This document shows, in pieces, positions 1 to 10,156 of a DNA stretch of 64,000 nucleotides; position 1 is the stretch's first letter, and every line of letters starts with the position of its first letter. The notes under the pieces are model-generated. The model was not told where the DNA came from, ran no database searches, and saw nothing but the letters and a program-made list of their open reading frames with translations. Made by a program: the position numbers and the translations under genes. Source of the DNA: Gammaproteobacteria bacterium (GTDB lineage: Bacteria > Pseudomonadota > Gammaproteobacteria > JAJFKG01); contig OZ220716.1 in NCBI GenBank assembly GCA_965116795.1, forward strand, positions 1,130,503 to 1,194,502. Reading direction: 5' to 3'.

Positions 1-1
1 C

Positions 2-133
2 CGTGGATTAGCCACCGTTGTGATGTTTTGGTTAGTGCCACAAGTTAAAATGCCAAAGCGACTTAATTTCAAAACAGCAAGTGAACGTCAACAACGACAA
101 TTACCGAAGCTCATTACCGATAACTGGAAATAA
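2..133 (+). CDS. C-terminal fragment of a phage head-tail/neck region protein (DUF6441-like), partial
   Basis: Open frame from window edge: RGLATVVMFWLVPQVKMPKRLNF...DNWK*; LVPQV-x-x-x-KRL motif typical of this prophage gene. Confidence 0.55.
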   Translation, partial: RGLATVVMFWLVPQVKMPKRLNFKTASERQQRQLPKLITDNWK

Positions 134-138
134 TCCCC

Positions 139-573
139 ATGACCAGCACCCGTGAATATGCCATTGTGACGCTCTTTGGCCAGCTTCGCTGTGCGCTTCC
201 GGATATCACGATATTGCGCAATGTGGTCGTACCAACAACTATTCCAAGTGAAGGATTAATCATCTTGCGTGATGGCGATATGGGAGAGCCAAGTATGATT
301 TTATCACCCCCACGATACACGTATCATCACCAGGTTGAGTTAGAGGTCATCGTGCAACGAGCAGATAGTGATGAGCGCGATCAACAATTGGATGAATTAT
401 TAGTAACAATTGGTACAGCGTTGAAAGGTGCCACTCAATTAGATAACAGTATTGATTGGCTAACCGTAGAAAGTCCCTCGCTCTCAACAGAACCGGTTGA
501 GGGGGCGGCTACACTTAAAGCAGCCACTGTACTCATTACATTAGAATATGTGACAGATAACCCATTATTATGA
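139..573 (+). CDS. Phage tail terminator-like protein
   Basis: 144 aa; GLIILRDGDxGEP...LSP.RY.Y.H motif; position upstream of tail tube. Confidence 0.65.
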   Translation: MTSTREYAIVTLFGQLRCALPDITILRNVVVPTTIPSEGLIILRDGDMGEPSMILSPPRYTYHHQVELEVIVQRADSDERDQQLDELLVTIGTALKGATQLDNSIDWLTVESPSLSTEPVEGAATLKAATVLITLEYVTDNPLL

Positions 574-651
574 ATGACAGACTTTAGAAGTGAATATTGT
601 TTGTTATGCATAAACAAACTCATGTCTACAGCCATATTTTATTCAAGACTA

Positions 652-680
652 TTGACATCAAAATATCTTAACCTTATCCT
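652..680 (+). promoter_or_regulatory. Sigma70-type promoter for the 903..2729 moron
   Basis: TTGACA (652-657), 17 nt spacer, TATCCT (675-680) in an AT-rich intergenic gap. Confidence 0.55.
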
Positions 681-902
681 GAGCGTGCAATTGACGATAG
701 GGAGTTATGTCATTACTACAAAAAAGGAATTGCTGTGTGCAAGCAGTCATTTCAAAATAATCTAAATACTATTTAATTAATCCTTAAACTAAAGCCCCCA
801 AAACTTCCTAGCAGCATTGCATTAAGTTGGTATCTACATGAATATAGATACTGCAGTAACAACTAACTGCCAGCTAAGTTTGCTAGGCTAAGGATTTTTG
901 CG

Positions 903-2729
903 ATGATGGGACCAAATGCTAGAAGGAGTTCACTTGGAAGCGATGCGGAGAGTGAAGCTGATTATAGAGGTGGGGGAGTTCTGAGTCCTCCCGGCACTCC
1001 TGAATCTGCCCACCATAATGGTTTCTCTGTCTTGCGGTGTACCGTGGGACCCGCTAGCCCTCCTCCTCCTCGTTCCGTTACTCCTGACCATCTTATCATG
1101 GGCGTCAATCAATACGAGGGAGGAACTCATACTCCTATTCCTTCAGATGAACTTGAATACTATAGCTCAGCTTCTTATAAAGAAGAAATTGATAATATCT
1201 ATGGCTCCTTTGTACCTAAGTCTAAAGCAATGCAAACTGCGCTGGAAAACGACAATATCAGAACAGTCCAGGTATTAATAGAAAGACACAATGGTCCATA
1301 TAATATTCTTTCATATGATATTCGTGCATGGAGTTTGATTGGTGTGTACGATAGATGCGTGTTTCCAGCAAAGGAAATTTTGCATGCTTATGGGATCATC
1401 ACTGATATCGAAAATCTACGCACTACAGCTCAAGAGACACTAGATGCCTACAGAGTAGCGCCAGATGACAATCGGCGTTATCTAAAACGGCTACTGTGGG
1501 GTGTAAGTCGCCTGCTTGAACAATGGCAGGCAGATAGTTTGAAAGATATTGCCGCTGACAAAGCATTAACCGAAACAGCGATAGCAACGCTACAAATGCA
1601 TTGGCAAGGTAGTCGAGAGATATTATCGCCTGAAGTCATCGATGCTATTACCAAAGTACGCGAACAACTTATAAAACACATATGTGAGCAATGGCAAACT
1701 AATACACTAAGCGATAGCACTTCGAATCAAGCATTTAACAGTATCATAATTGAGCATATCTGGAGACAGTGGAAACAAGGGGCGCTCTCTAGCGAGCTTG
1801 CACAAAGTATGCCAATAGAGATTGAAGACGCTATCGAAATACAGTTGCTTGCACGTTGGAAAAAACACGACTTACCCACTCGCTTTAAAGACGGTTGGAA
1901 AGCAAGATTGGTTGAGTTATTAGACAAACAATTTGAAAACCACTCGCTTGATACAAAGTTAGATGTGTTAGTTATTGCACGATTTAATAGTATTATTCAA
2001 GAAAATTATGGTGGACGCGTTCCACGTAATACTACACCAGTTTATGAGGAAGCCATCAGTCAATTAATTGATGACTGGCGTGCCGGTCACCTAGCCGAAG
2101 CACAATCTGAGAGGATAGCTATAATTGCAACAATTGTACGCAAAGAGATGGAAATTCCAAGCGATATGCGTCTACGTGTTGAAAAAGAAGCTATTGCCTC
2201 GATTGTAACTCAATTCAAAGCAGGTCAATTCCTGTCTAATCAACCTTCAAAATTGGAAATATTTACCCGCGATGTATTTGCTGTGTTTGAAGATAACTTG
2301 ATACCAGTGTGCAGTGGTGTATCAAGTTATGAGCTATACCCCCTGCAACAAAAAATTACTACTGATGCTATTAGTGCTGTATTAGCTGATTGGCGTGCAG
2401 GCAGGCTGGATAATGTTGAACAGACACAGCTGTTAACATTATTGCCCGAATGGTCAGCATTAAAAAAAGAGCTTGAGACACAAGTAAATTTGGCTAGCAA
2501 ACATGAAGCATTACAACAAAAAGATGAGCGAATTGCCGAGTTGGAGAAAGAATTGACTGAACTAAAAGCGAAATTAGTGCAGCCTGAGTCGCAACAAAGT
2601 AGTTCATCATCTAGTAGTGATGCAGAAAACATGAGCTGCATTGGTAACTTTGCAACAAGTGCCAATCATCATATAACTGACGAAAACATTATTGAGGCAC
2701 AAATCTCATCATCTTCGTCTACACCATAA
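903..2729 (+). CDS. Hypothetical effector-like moron (Ser/Pro-rich N-terminus, helical core, C-terminal coiled coil, poly-Ser tail)
   Basis: 608 aa ORF between tail terminator and tail tube genes; no phage motif recognised. Confidence 0.75.
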   Translation: MMGPNARRSSLGSDAESEADYRGGGVLSPPGTPESAHHNGFSVLRCTVGPASPPPPRSVTPDHLIMGVNQYEGGTHTPIPSDELEYYSSASYKEEIDNIYGSFVPKSKAMQTALENDNIRTVQVLIERHNGPYNILSYDIRAWSLIGVYDRCVFPAKEILHAYGIITDIENLRTTAQETLDAYRVAPDDNRRYLKRLLWGVSRLLEQWQADSLKDIAADKALTETAIATLQMHWQGSREILSPEVIDAITKVREQLIKHICEQWQTNTLSDSTSNQAFNSIIIEHIWRQWKQGALSSELAQSMPIEIEDAIEIQLLARWKKHDLPTRFKDGWKARLVELLDKQFENHSLDTKLDVLVIARFNSIIQENYGGRVPRNTTPVYEEAISQLIDDWRAGHLAEAQSERIAIIATIVRKEMEIPSDMRLRVEKEAIASIVTQFKAGQFLSNQPSKLEIFTRDVFAVFEDNLIPVCSGVSSYELYPLQQKITTDAISAVLADWRAGRLDNVEQTQLLTLLPEWSALKKELETQVNLASKHEALQQKDERIAELEKELTELKAKLVQPESQQSSSSSSSDAENMSCIGNFATSANHHITDENIIEAQISSSSSTP

Positions 2730-2836
2730 CTCAATAATTCTAACAATTTTTAGAACAATGCTAACTCTCAAATTAAATTTTGGGAGTTGGCTATTTTGTT
2801 CGATTAACCCACATTGATCTTAGCAGGAGCAACCCC

Positions 2837-3907
2837 ATGGCACGCGCATATGGCTGGAACGCCAGTCTATTATTTGGTTTTGAACAAAACTACGGTATCC
2901 CACCAGAACGTGGGTACCACTTAGTCCCCTTTATTTCATCGTCACTCGACTCTGAGCAAGGTTTGATTGAGTCTAATGTATTAGGCTTAGGACGCGACCC
3001 CACAGCCCCATTTCAAGACGTTATCAACGTTGATGGCGATGTCGTTATCCCAGCGGAGCTTCGCAGTATCGGTTTGTGGTTAACGGGATTATTAGGCGAG
3101 CCAGAAACCACAAACAGTAAGAAAGCTTATCAACATGCATTTGCTTCTGGCAAAACACGTTTGCCTAGCATCAGTTTAGAAATCGGGCTACCTGATGTGC
3201 CGGATTATCCACTGTATACCGGCGCACGAGTTAACTCGATGGCGTTTAACTTTGAGCGCAGCGGTGAAGCACAAGTGACGGTGAATATGTTAGGCCAAGG
3301 TGAAACAGCGAGTCATGCAACACGTGATTTAGAGCCATCGCAATTTTCCTATACGCGGTTCTCGCAATTCCAAGGCTCGATTAAACACGCTGGGGAATTT
3401 CTAGCTGACGTTACTTCTGCATCGATTACCTATAGCAATAACTTTGAGAAAATTCAAACAATACGTGATGATGGTAAGGTCGATGGCATTGACCCAGGGA
3501 TTGCAGCGCTCTCAGGCAATATCTCCGTGCGCTACAGTAATTCAAAGCTGATGGATTTAGCTAGGGATGGCAATCCCATTGATATTGAACTGGCTTACAC
3601 TATTGATGAACACCGTAAATTAGTATTAACCGCGCACTCAGTGTATTTACCCAAAGCCAAACGCAGTATTAATGGTGCCGGTGGCATTGAAGCCTCATAC
3701 GATTTTCAAGGAGCTAAATCTGAAGAATTCAATCGGATGTTAACGGTAACACTGGTGAATGATGTCAGTGGCTATCACTTACAAGCATTACCACCCAAAC
3801 CACCCAAAACATTGCCACCGAAAAAACCACCGCAAGAGACCGAGCAACAACAGGAGGAACCTAACGATGTTGAAACTGTCACTTTCTACAAACCCCCACT
3901 GGATTGA
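2837..3907 (+). CDS. Major tail tube protein with Pro-rich C-terminal extension
   Basis: MARAYGWNA...LLGLGRDP-like motif, LPSISLEIGLPDVP; AGGAG RBS at 2825 supports ATG 2837. Confidence 0.8.
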   Translation: MARAYGWNASLLFGFEQNYGIPPERGYHLVPFISSSLDSEQGLIESNVLGLGRDPTAPFQDVINVDGDVVIPAELRSIGLWLTGLLGEPETTNSKKAYQHAFASGKTRLPSISLEIGLPDVPDYPLYTGARVNSMAFNFERSGEAQVTVNMLGQGETASHATRDLEPSQFSYTRFSQFQGSIKHAGEFLADVTSASITYSNNFEKIQTIRDDGKVDGIDPGIAALSGNISVRYSNSKLMDLARDGNPIDIELAYTIDEHRKLVLTAHSVYLPKAKRSINGAGGIEASYDFQGAKSEEFNRMLTVTLVNDVSGYHLQALPPKPPKTLPPKKPPQETEQQQEEPNDVETVTFYKPPLD

Positions 3908-4439
3908 TTTAGGCATGCAGGTGCGCGTTAAAGTGCGCCCATGCAATAGTGCTATCTTTTATCAAGCCAAAGCCTTTATGCAACATCGTTTGCAACAAAT
4001 AGGCGAAGACTACCGTATCCAAAAAGACAGTGATGCTGACATGAGCCACTTGCCCAACGTAGAAGATAGTACCACACGTGAAGCGTTAGCCGAGCAGTAC
4101 CTAACGCTGGGTTTAGCCTTGGTGGGTATCATCGAATGGGAAGGCGTATTGGACAATGATGATGATAACAAAGATGAAGATGAGATTGCACCAGTCACAG
4201 AGAACAACATCACACAGTTGTTTGAGAATTACTGGGTGATTGCTGAGACCTTTCGTCAACAATACACCGGCATGCGAGAGTTGTTGGAATCTGAAAAAAA
4301 CGAATCACGGCTCGCTTGCAATGGCACTGCAACGGCGGGTCGGAGTATTGTGCCAACTGTGTCAGACAACAGCTCCCCTGCGCACAAGGACGAGCCAGCG
4401 AAAACGGAGAAAAGTGCCCGTACATCGAAAATACATTAA
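3867..4439 (+). CDS. Tail assembly chaperone (gpG-like)
   Basis: AGGAGG RBS before ATG 3867; follows tube gene; contains E-K-N slippery site. Confidence 0.7.
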   Translation: MLKLSLSTNPHWIDLGMQVRVKVRPCNSAIFYQAKAFMQHRLQQIGEDYRIQKDSDADMSHLPNVEDSTTREALAEQYLTLGLALVGIIEWEGVLDNDDDNKDEDEIAPVTENNITQLFENYWVIAETFRQQYTGMRELLESEKNESRLACNGTATAGRSIVPTVSDNSSPAHKDEPAKTEKSARTSKIH

Positions 4440-4639
4440 AGACGATAGAGGGTTGGCAAGCCTGGGATGTGGCTAACAAAGTGTTAACCCAATGTCAGGA
4501 GTGCTTCCCGTTGGATGTAGCATTGCAGTTAAGTGAAAGCTTAGGTTACCATCAAGCTGCAATGGCAGAGCTGTTACCATCGGCGGCCATTGGTATCGCG
4601 CTTGCTCTCAAAGACATGCAGAAAAAATCGACTGATTAG
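4295..4639 (+). CDS. Tail assembly chaperone -1 frameshift extension (gpT-like)
   Basis: A_AAA_AAC at 4295-4301 leads into the -1 frame of the 4316..4639 ORF (WHCNGGSEYCANC...). Confidence 0.65.
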   Translation, partial: KKRITARLQWHCNGGSEYCANCVRQQLPCAQGRASENGEKCPYIENTLKTIEGWQAWDVANKVLTQCQECFPLDVALQLSESLGYHQAAMAELLPSAAIGIALALKDMQKKSTD

Positions 4640-4776
4640 CAATAATAACCAGCATCAGAGACAGTAGTTAATCGTATTGATGGTGTTGGTGTGATCAATG
4701 CTGCCATTTTTCCTGTAGATAGCTTAAAATGTTTTTTAATATTCAAACGGTCGATAGTGTGCAGGGGACATTTCAA

Positions 4777-5163
4777 ATGAAGAAACTCATTTACATTGTG
4801 TTAGTGATGACTGTAATTACCGCATGTTCAGATCAAACACAAACAAATGTTGATGATACGTTTCCAGAGTATGATGTTATTCCTTATTGTCTTAAATTTT
4901 CTAGCCAATTCAAAAAATATGATGTCGAGGGCGTATTTAGTGTTTCTGAGAGTACATTTACTGATTGTCTTAAAGAGGAAAAAGCCGATTATGAATGGCT
5001 AAAATCTCATTGGGATTTACTTTCTTCAAAAGCTAAGACATTTTGTAAGCAAGCAGCCGGTGAGCCTGATGAAGATTATAGCGACTTAAAAGTTTGCGCA
5101 CAAGCCGTTACATGTAAAGAAGATAATAACAACTTAGATATTTGTATCGAGCAAAAAAACTAA
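4777..5163 (+). CDS. Lipoprotein moron
   Basis: MKKLIYIVLVMTVITA-C signal peptide II/lipobox; Cys-rich mature part; AT-rich relative to flanks. Confidence 0.7.
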   Translation: MKKLIYIVLVMTVITACSDQTQTNVDDTFPEYDVIPYCLKFSSQFKKYDVEGVFSVSESTFTDCLKEEKADYEWLKSHWDLLSSKAKTFCKQAAGEPDEDYSDLKVCAQAVTCKEDNNNLDICIEQKN

Positions 5164-5294
5164 AAGTTATTCTAGGCTGTTAATTTCTCATTTTCATGCA
5201 TAAATTAGGCAGTCATAAATCCATATTCAAACCAAATTTATCACTAATGCTACATAGCTTAGGAAATATTTATGTTTAACGTAAGGAGTACCCT

Positions 5295-8180
5295 ATGAGT
5301 AACTCTACTAACAGCAAAGTTTTATCAATTCGCTTAGCCGCGACAGGCGGTGATCAGTTACGTCGTGAGTTTGACAAGCTTGGGTCACGTGGCCAACGTG
5401 CTTTTAATAATATTAAAGAAGCCACAAAACCCGCATCAAAAGGCATCAAAGCCGTTGATGTGGCTGCGAAGTCCTTAAACCGCACCTTCAAACAAGCCGC
5501 AGGCTTGCTGGGTGCTTATACGGGCATTCGAGGACTTACACGCTCCTTTGGTTTTCTGGTCTCCACCAACCGTGAGTTTGAACGTTTACATGCGAGCTTA
5601 AAAACCGTCACCGGCTCTTTAAAAGGGGCTGATGATGCCTTTGCGATGATTGAAGACTTTGCCTCAAAGACGCCGTTTAGTGTGGAGCAGTTAACCGAAG
5701 CCTTTATCAAATTAAAAGCACTTGGCTTAGATCCCTCAGCTGATGCACTACGTTCTTACGGCAATACCGCCTCTGCGATGGGTAAGGACTTATTGTTATT
5801 TGTCGATGCGGTGGCTAATGCGACAACAGGCCGCTTCATGAACTTAAAGTCCTTTGGGATTAATGCAGAAGTGCAAGGCGATAAAGTTGCTTTTACCTTT
5901 AACAAAGTCACCACCGTTGTTAAAAAGAATGTGACTGCCATTGAAGGCTACTTGCGTAGTATTGGTAAGACCCAGTTTGCCGGTGCCATGGCCGCACAAA
6001 TGGATATTTTAGAAGGGATTTTCAGTAACATTACAGATAATGTATCCCACATTGCACGTGAAATTGGTAAGGGTGGATTTACTCTCGCGATTCACGATGT
6101 GGGGGTGAGCATAAGAGAGGCTACCGGCGATGTCGATGAGGCGGCTCATGCTGTGGGTGAAACATTAGGTAATGCGATTCGCATTAGTGCAGATGCATTC
6201 GAGTTTTTATTCCAGCATTCGAGTTTAGCAGCTAAAGGGTTAGAGTATCTCTTGGTTGCTCGCACTGCCGCCAAAGCCGTTAGCTTATTAAGAGCCGCTA
6301 TTATTGGTCATGCGGGGTTGGTAATAGGGTTACGGTCATTAGCCGGTCTGTCAGCCGGCACGGCTGCTAAGGTGGCTATACTCGAAGGTTCTACAAAATT
6401 AGCAACTGTTGCTATGCTCGACTTCAAACGTGCACTGGGATTTGTCGGTGGCCCTGTTGGTTTAGCGGCGATGGCAGGTTTGGCACTGTATAAACTGGCA
6501 GAAAGCCATGAAGCAGCTACCGTCGCGGCCAAGCGACACACTGCTGAGCTTAGCAAACTAATGGAGACATTAAAGCAAGCGGCCAATGGCACGGGGCAAC
6601 CGATGTTGGTCAATGAAGCCATCGTGCGTCTGACTGAAGAATTGAACAAATCGAAACAGCAAGCCGCCAAGCTGATGCAAGAGATTCGTTCTGTTTACCC
6701 TGGTAGTTTCTTAGACCATGTCAAAGAGTTGTTTCATTTTGATTTGATGAAAGATTTAGAACAAGTCCGTCACGCCTTTCAGACGGGTAAAAATGCTATG
6801 GACAAACATTACAAAGCCATATGGGATTTGACATCAACGCATCCAGAATTTACCAAGCAAGCTAAAGAAGTTAGCGGACAGATAAAAGCTTATAAAAAAC
6901 TACAGTCGAAAATCAAGGAAATTCAAGCTCATTTAGTTGAATTACACAATGGCACACTGAACACGAACCCAAGCAAACAGGACTTGAAACAAATCATTCC
7001 TGCGTTAGATGAGAAACAAATACAACACATCAAAGAGACGATTCAGTCATTAGAAGCACAGTCTGTGGCAATGCAACGCTTAGTGGCTGCCCGTAAACAA
7101 GGCAACGACGCAGTACAGCGTGCCTTGATATTAAACGAACAAGAAAATACATTATCCAAGCTGGGTATTGATACCAGCCAACAACAAAATGAAGAAGCCT
7201 CCAAACTTATCAAACAGACTAAAGATTTAATTCAGCAGAAATATAACCTGCAACAAGCGGATAAAGACGCCATTGAAACGGCTAAGCGTCATGCACAAAC
7301 AGTACAAACTATTACCCGCGCATTGAATGCAACCAAATCCGAAAGTGAGCAAGCCCGCATTGAAGCGGATACCTGGCGTCAGAGTGCCTTAGCGGGATTA
7401 GATAGCACACGTCAAGGCTATGCTGCCTTTGCCAGTGACATTGAAACCGTTTACCAGAACATGTTAAAGCAAGCTCGCGAGAAAGACTTGGCTAGTTCCA
7501 AACGTTGGCAAGATGGAGTGACCCGCGGACTTCGTGATGTCGTTGATGAAGCCAATGACATGGCATCGCAAGTAGAGAATGCAATTACCAATGCTTTTTC
7601 TAACATGGAGGATGCGTTAGTTGAGTTTGTAATGAAAGGCAAGCTTGATTTTAAATCACTGGCAGACTCTATCATTTCCGATATTCTTCGCATTCAAATC
7701 AAACAAAACATCACTGCGCCATTAGCGAGTGCATTAGGTTCGGTTAACTTTAGTGGTTTATTTGGTGCTGCCCATAGCGGTGGTGTCATTGGTCATGATG
7801 CGTTAACAAAACGTGCCGTCAATTCATCTGTATTTGATGGCGCCCCGAAATTTCATGGTGGTGGTGTCGTTGGTAATGAAGTACCGATTATTGCCAAAAA
7901 AGGTGAGACCGTGTTTACACCAGGGCAAATGCAATTGTTAGGAGCAGGCTTAGCTTCACGCAATGCGGCTCCCACTGTTACGGTACATGTGCATAACAAC
8001 GTTTCTGGTGTGCAAGCTAAAACGCATACAACCCAAACACCTGATGGCAATGTGCAACTGGATATTATTGTTGAACATGTTGAACAAAAGCTCGCGCGCA
8101 ATATCACACGTGGTGATGGTTTAGCACCGGTGATGGAACGGCGCTACGGTTTGAATCCAGCTAATGGCAGTTATCGCTAA
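5295..8180 (+). CDS. Tail tape measure protein
   Basis: 961 aa Ala-rich helical; FASKTPFSVEQL tape-measure motif; lambda-type C-terminus (AFSNMEDALVEFVMKGKLDFKSLADSII). Confidence 0.9.
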   Translation: MSNSTNSKVLSIRLAATGGDQLRREFDKLGSRGQRAFNNIKEATKPASKGIKAVDVAAKSLNRTFKQAAGLLGAYTGIRGLTRSFGFLVSTNREFERLHASLKTVTGSLKGADDAFAMIEDFASKTPFSVEQLTEAFIKLKALGLDPSADALRSYGNTASAMGKDLLLFVDAVANATTGRFMNLKSFGINAEVQGDKVAFTFNKVTTVVKKNVTAIEGYLRSIGKTQFAGAMAAQMDILEGIFSNITDNVSHIAREIGKGGFTLAIHDVGVSIREATGDVDEAAHAVGETLGNAIRISADAFEFLFQHSSLAAKGLEYLLVARTAAKAVSLLRAAIIGHAGLVIGLRSLAGLSAGTAAKVAILEGSTKLATVAMLDFKRALGFVGGPVGLAAMAGLALYKLAESHEAATVAAKRHTAELSKLMETLKQAANGTGQPMLVNEAIVRLTEELNKSKQQAAKLMQEIRSVYPGSFLDHVKELFHFDLMKDLEQVRHAFQTGKNAMDKHYKAIWDLTSTHPEFTKQAKEVSGQIKAYKKLQSKIKEIQAHLVELHNGTLNTNPSKQDLKQIIPALDEKQIQHIKETIQSLEAQSVAMQRLVAARKQGNDAVQRALILNEQENTLSKLGIDTSQQQNEEASKLIKQTKDLIQQKYNLQQADKDAIETAKRHAQTVQTITRALNATKSESEQARIEADTWRQSALAGLDSTRQGYAAFASDIETVYQNMLKQAREKDLASSKRWQDGVTRGLRDVVDEANDMASQVENAITNAFSNMEDALVEFVMKGKLDFKSLADSIISDILRIQIKQNITAPLASALGSVNFSGLFGAAHSGGVIGHDALTKRAVNSSVFDGAPKFHGGGVVGNEVPIIAKKGETVFTPGQMQLLGAGLASRNAAPTVTVHVHNNVSGVQAKTHTTQTPDGNVQLDIIVEHVEQKLARNITRGDGLAPVMERRYGLNPANGSYR

Positions 8181-8197
8181 CAACAAAAAAGCCGAGC

Positions 8198-10156
8198 GTG
8201 CGCCACGAAGCGCCGTATTGCTAGCGGTTGAAAGTACCGCCGGTGAAGTGGAGCCCACCACACACCGTACCAAGTCTTGGGCGAGCTGTGGTAACGCAGT
8301 TGGTCAAGCGTAGATAGGGAGATATTAGGCCGTAGGCATGAGTCGAAGTGATTGAGCCTCGAAAATTTTTGATTGGAGTGGTCGATGGTGTGTTCGGACC
8401 AGAAGACAATATTGCGCATGACGAAAATGGGAAGCCATGCGTAGCACTCCCGGGGTCTGAGAGCATGGCATGATATCAAAGCAATACAGTGAACGTGGGA
8501 GACCCTGGTTATTCGCAAAGGAAAGCGTATTGGGCAACAAGCCTAACGGCAAGGCGCCTGAGAAGATAACCAGGGAGTCAGAGGAGGCATAGTATTGATG
8601 AAGATGGGTAATGCCATTGGAGAGAAGGCCTCCAGGCAAGCAACACCTCGAGGGGGAAACGTGATGAGAACATCAGATTCTCAATTAACAACGGCAACGC
8701 AACTTGAGAGGATAGCTTGGTTGTCCACGCAAGATAAGACGAAGACATTTAGGTGCATAATGCACCATGTCAACGTTGACTCTTTGCGGGCATGCTATTA
8801 CCAGTTGGATGGAAGAAAAGCAACAGGTGTAGATGGGATAACGAAAAAGCAATACGGGGAAAACTTGACGGCGAACTTAGAAGAACTGATTACCAAGATG
8901 AAAACGATGAGTTACCGGCCACAACCAGTAAGACGGGTAACAATCCCAAAACCGGGACAGGCAGGTAAAACGCGTGCACTTGGGATTGGCAGTTTTGAAG
9001 ATAAGCTGGTACAGAAACAGTTTCAGTGCATATTGGAAAGCATATATGAGCCACTATTCTTGCCAAGTTCCTATGGTTTCAGGCGAGGGTTAGGCTGTCA
9101 TGATGCGATCCGTGCACTACGGAGCTATCTGTACAAAGAGCGAGTTGACACTGTAATAGATGTTGATCTGGCAAGATACTTCGACAGCATAGATCATAAG
9201 GAACTAATGAACATTATAAGCAAGAAGATAAAAGATAAACGATTTATCCGATATCTAAAGCGGATGTTCAGAGCGGGTGTATTGAGTGCAGGAGAACTGA
9301 CAGTTAGTGCAGAAGGCGTAGCACAAGGAAGCTGCGTTAGTCCTGTGCTTGCCAATATATTCGCGCACTATGTGATAGATGAGTGGTTCGAAAGTACGGT
9401 AAAAGCACACTGCCGTGGAAAAGTTGAGTTATTTAGATACTGTGACGATCTTGTGATTTGCTGCGAATTTGCAGCGGACGCACAGCGGATCAAAACAAGT
9501 CTAGGGAAACGCTTGACACGCTACGGACTGGAAATGAATGAAGAGAAGACATGTCTGATTCGGTTTAATCCGAACCGAAAGGGCTGCGAGACATTCAACT
9601 TTTTGGGCTTTACATATTATTGGGGTAGATCAAGGCGAGGTTATTGGACGCCAAAGGTGAAGACCGAAGGCAAACGGCTTCGTACAAAACTCAAGAATAT
9701 AAAGCAGTGGGCGAAAGCAGCAAGGCATAAAGCTGAAACAGAAGACATTTGGGCGTGTTTCTGTAAGAAATTGCGGGGACATATACAATACTATGGTGTT
9801 TCAGACAATCTAAGGCAGGTAAACACATTTGTGTGCCATGCGACAGAAACAATGTCTTACTGGCTTAACCGTCGAAGCCAGAAACGATCTTTCAATTGGG
9901 AACAGTTTGACAATTTTAAACGATTGCACCCAGTACCAAAAGTAAAGGTTTATCATCGGCTATATTGAAATCCACAACCAGTGAAGTGGAGCTTGTCGTG
10001 AGCCCATTGCCTTAATAGGGCACGATGTGGTTCTAACGAGGGGCCGGGGCACAAGTGAACTATGAGCAAGATATTGTGGCACCATCAGAAGGAAACGAGA
10101 TGGAAACAGTGAAAACGAACTTTGCTCTAAGGTACACGAGGAACCGGTCTACTCAC
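8198..10156 (+). mobile_element. Group II intron (IIB-like, EBS1+EBS2, no endonuclease domain)
   Basis: 5' GTGCG at 8198; domain V GAGCC...GGTTC about 10000-10033; 3' end CTACTCAC at 10156; EBS1 GTTCGG (8392-8397) pairs IBS1 CCGAGC (8192-8197); EBS2 TTTTTG (8366-8371) pairs CAAAAA (8184-8189). Confidence 0.9.
8595..9968 (+). CDS. ltrA: Group II intron reverse transcriptase/maturase (true start may be about 8661-8664)
   Basis: KATGVDG, YRPQPVRRVTIPK, SYGFR, GVAQG, RYCDD, FNFLGF, maturase X domain; no C-terminal HNH. Confidence 0.95.
   Translation: MMKMGNAIGEKASRQATPRGGNVMRTSDSQLTTATQLERIAWLSTQDKTKTFRCIMHHVNVDSLRACYYQLDGRKATGVDGITKKQYGENLTANLEELITKMKTMSYRPQPVRRVTIPKPGQAGKTRALGIGSFEDKLVQKQFQCILESIYEPLFLPSSYGFRRGLGCHDAIRALRSYLYKERVDTVIDVDLARYFDSIDHKELMNIISKKIKDKRFIRYLKRMFRAGVLSAGELTVSAEGVAQGSCVSPVLANIFAHYVIDEWFESTVKAHCRGKVELFRYCDDLVICCEFAADAQRIKTSLGKRLTRYGLEMNEEKTCLIRFNPNRKGCETFNFLGFTYYWGRSRRGYWTPKVKTEGKRLRTKLKNIKQWAKAARHKAETEDIWACFCKKLRGHIQYYGVSDNLRQVNTFVCHATETMSYWLNRRSQKRSFNWEQFDNFKRLHPVPKVKVYHRLY

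Noticed and set aside
8595-9968. RT as part of a DGR, retron or defence system
   Set aside because: Full group II intron ends, domain V and EBS/IBS pairing are present; I saw no TR/VR pair near the fibre genes
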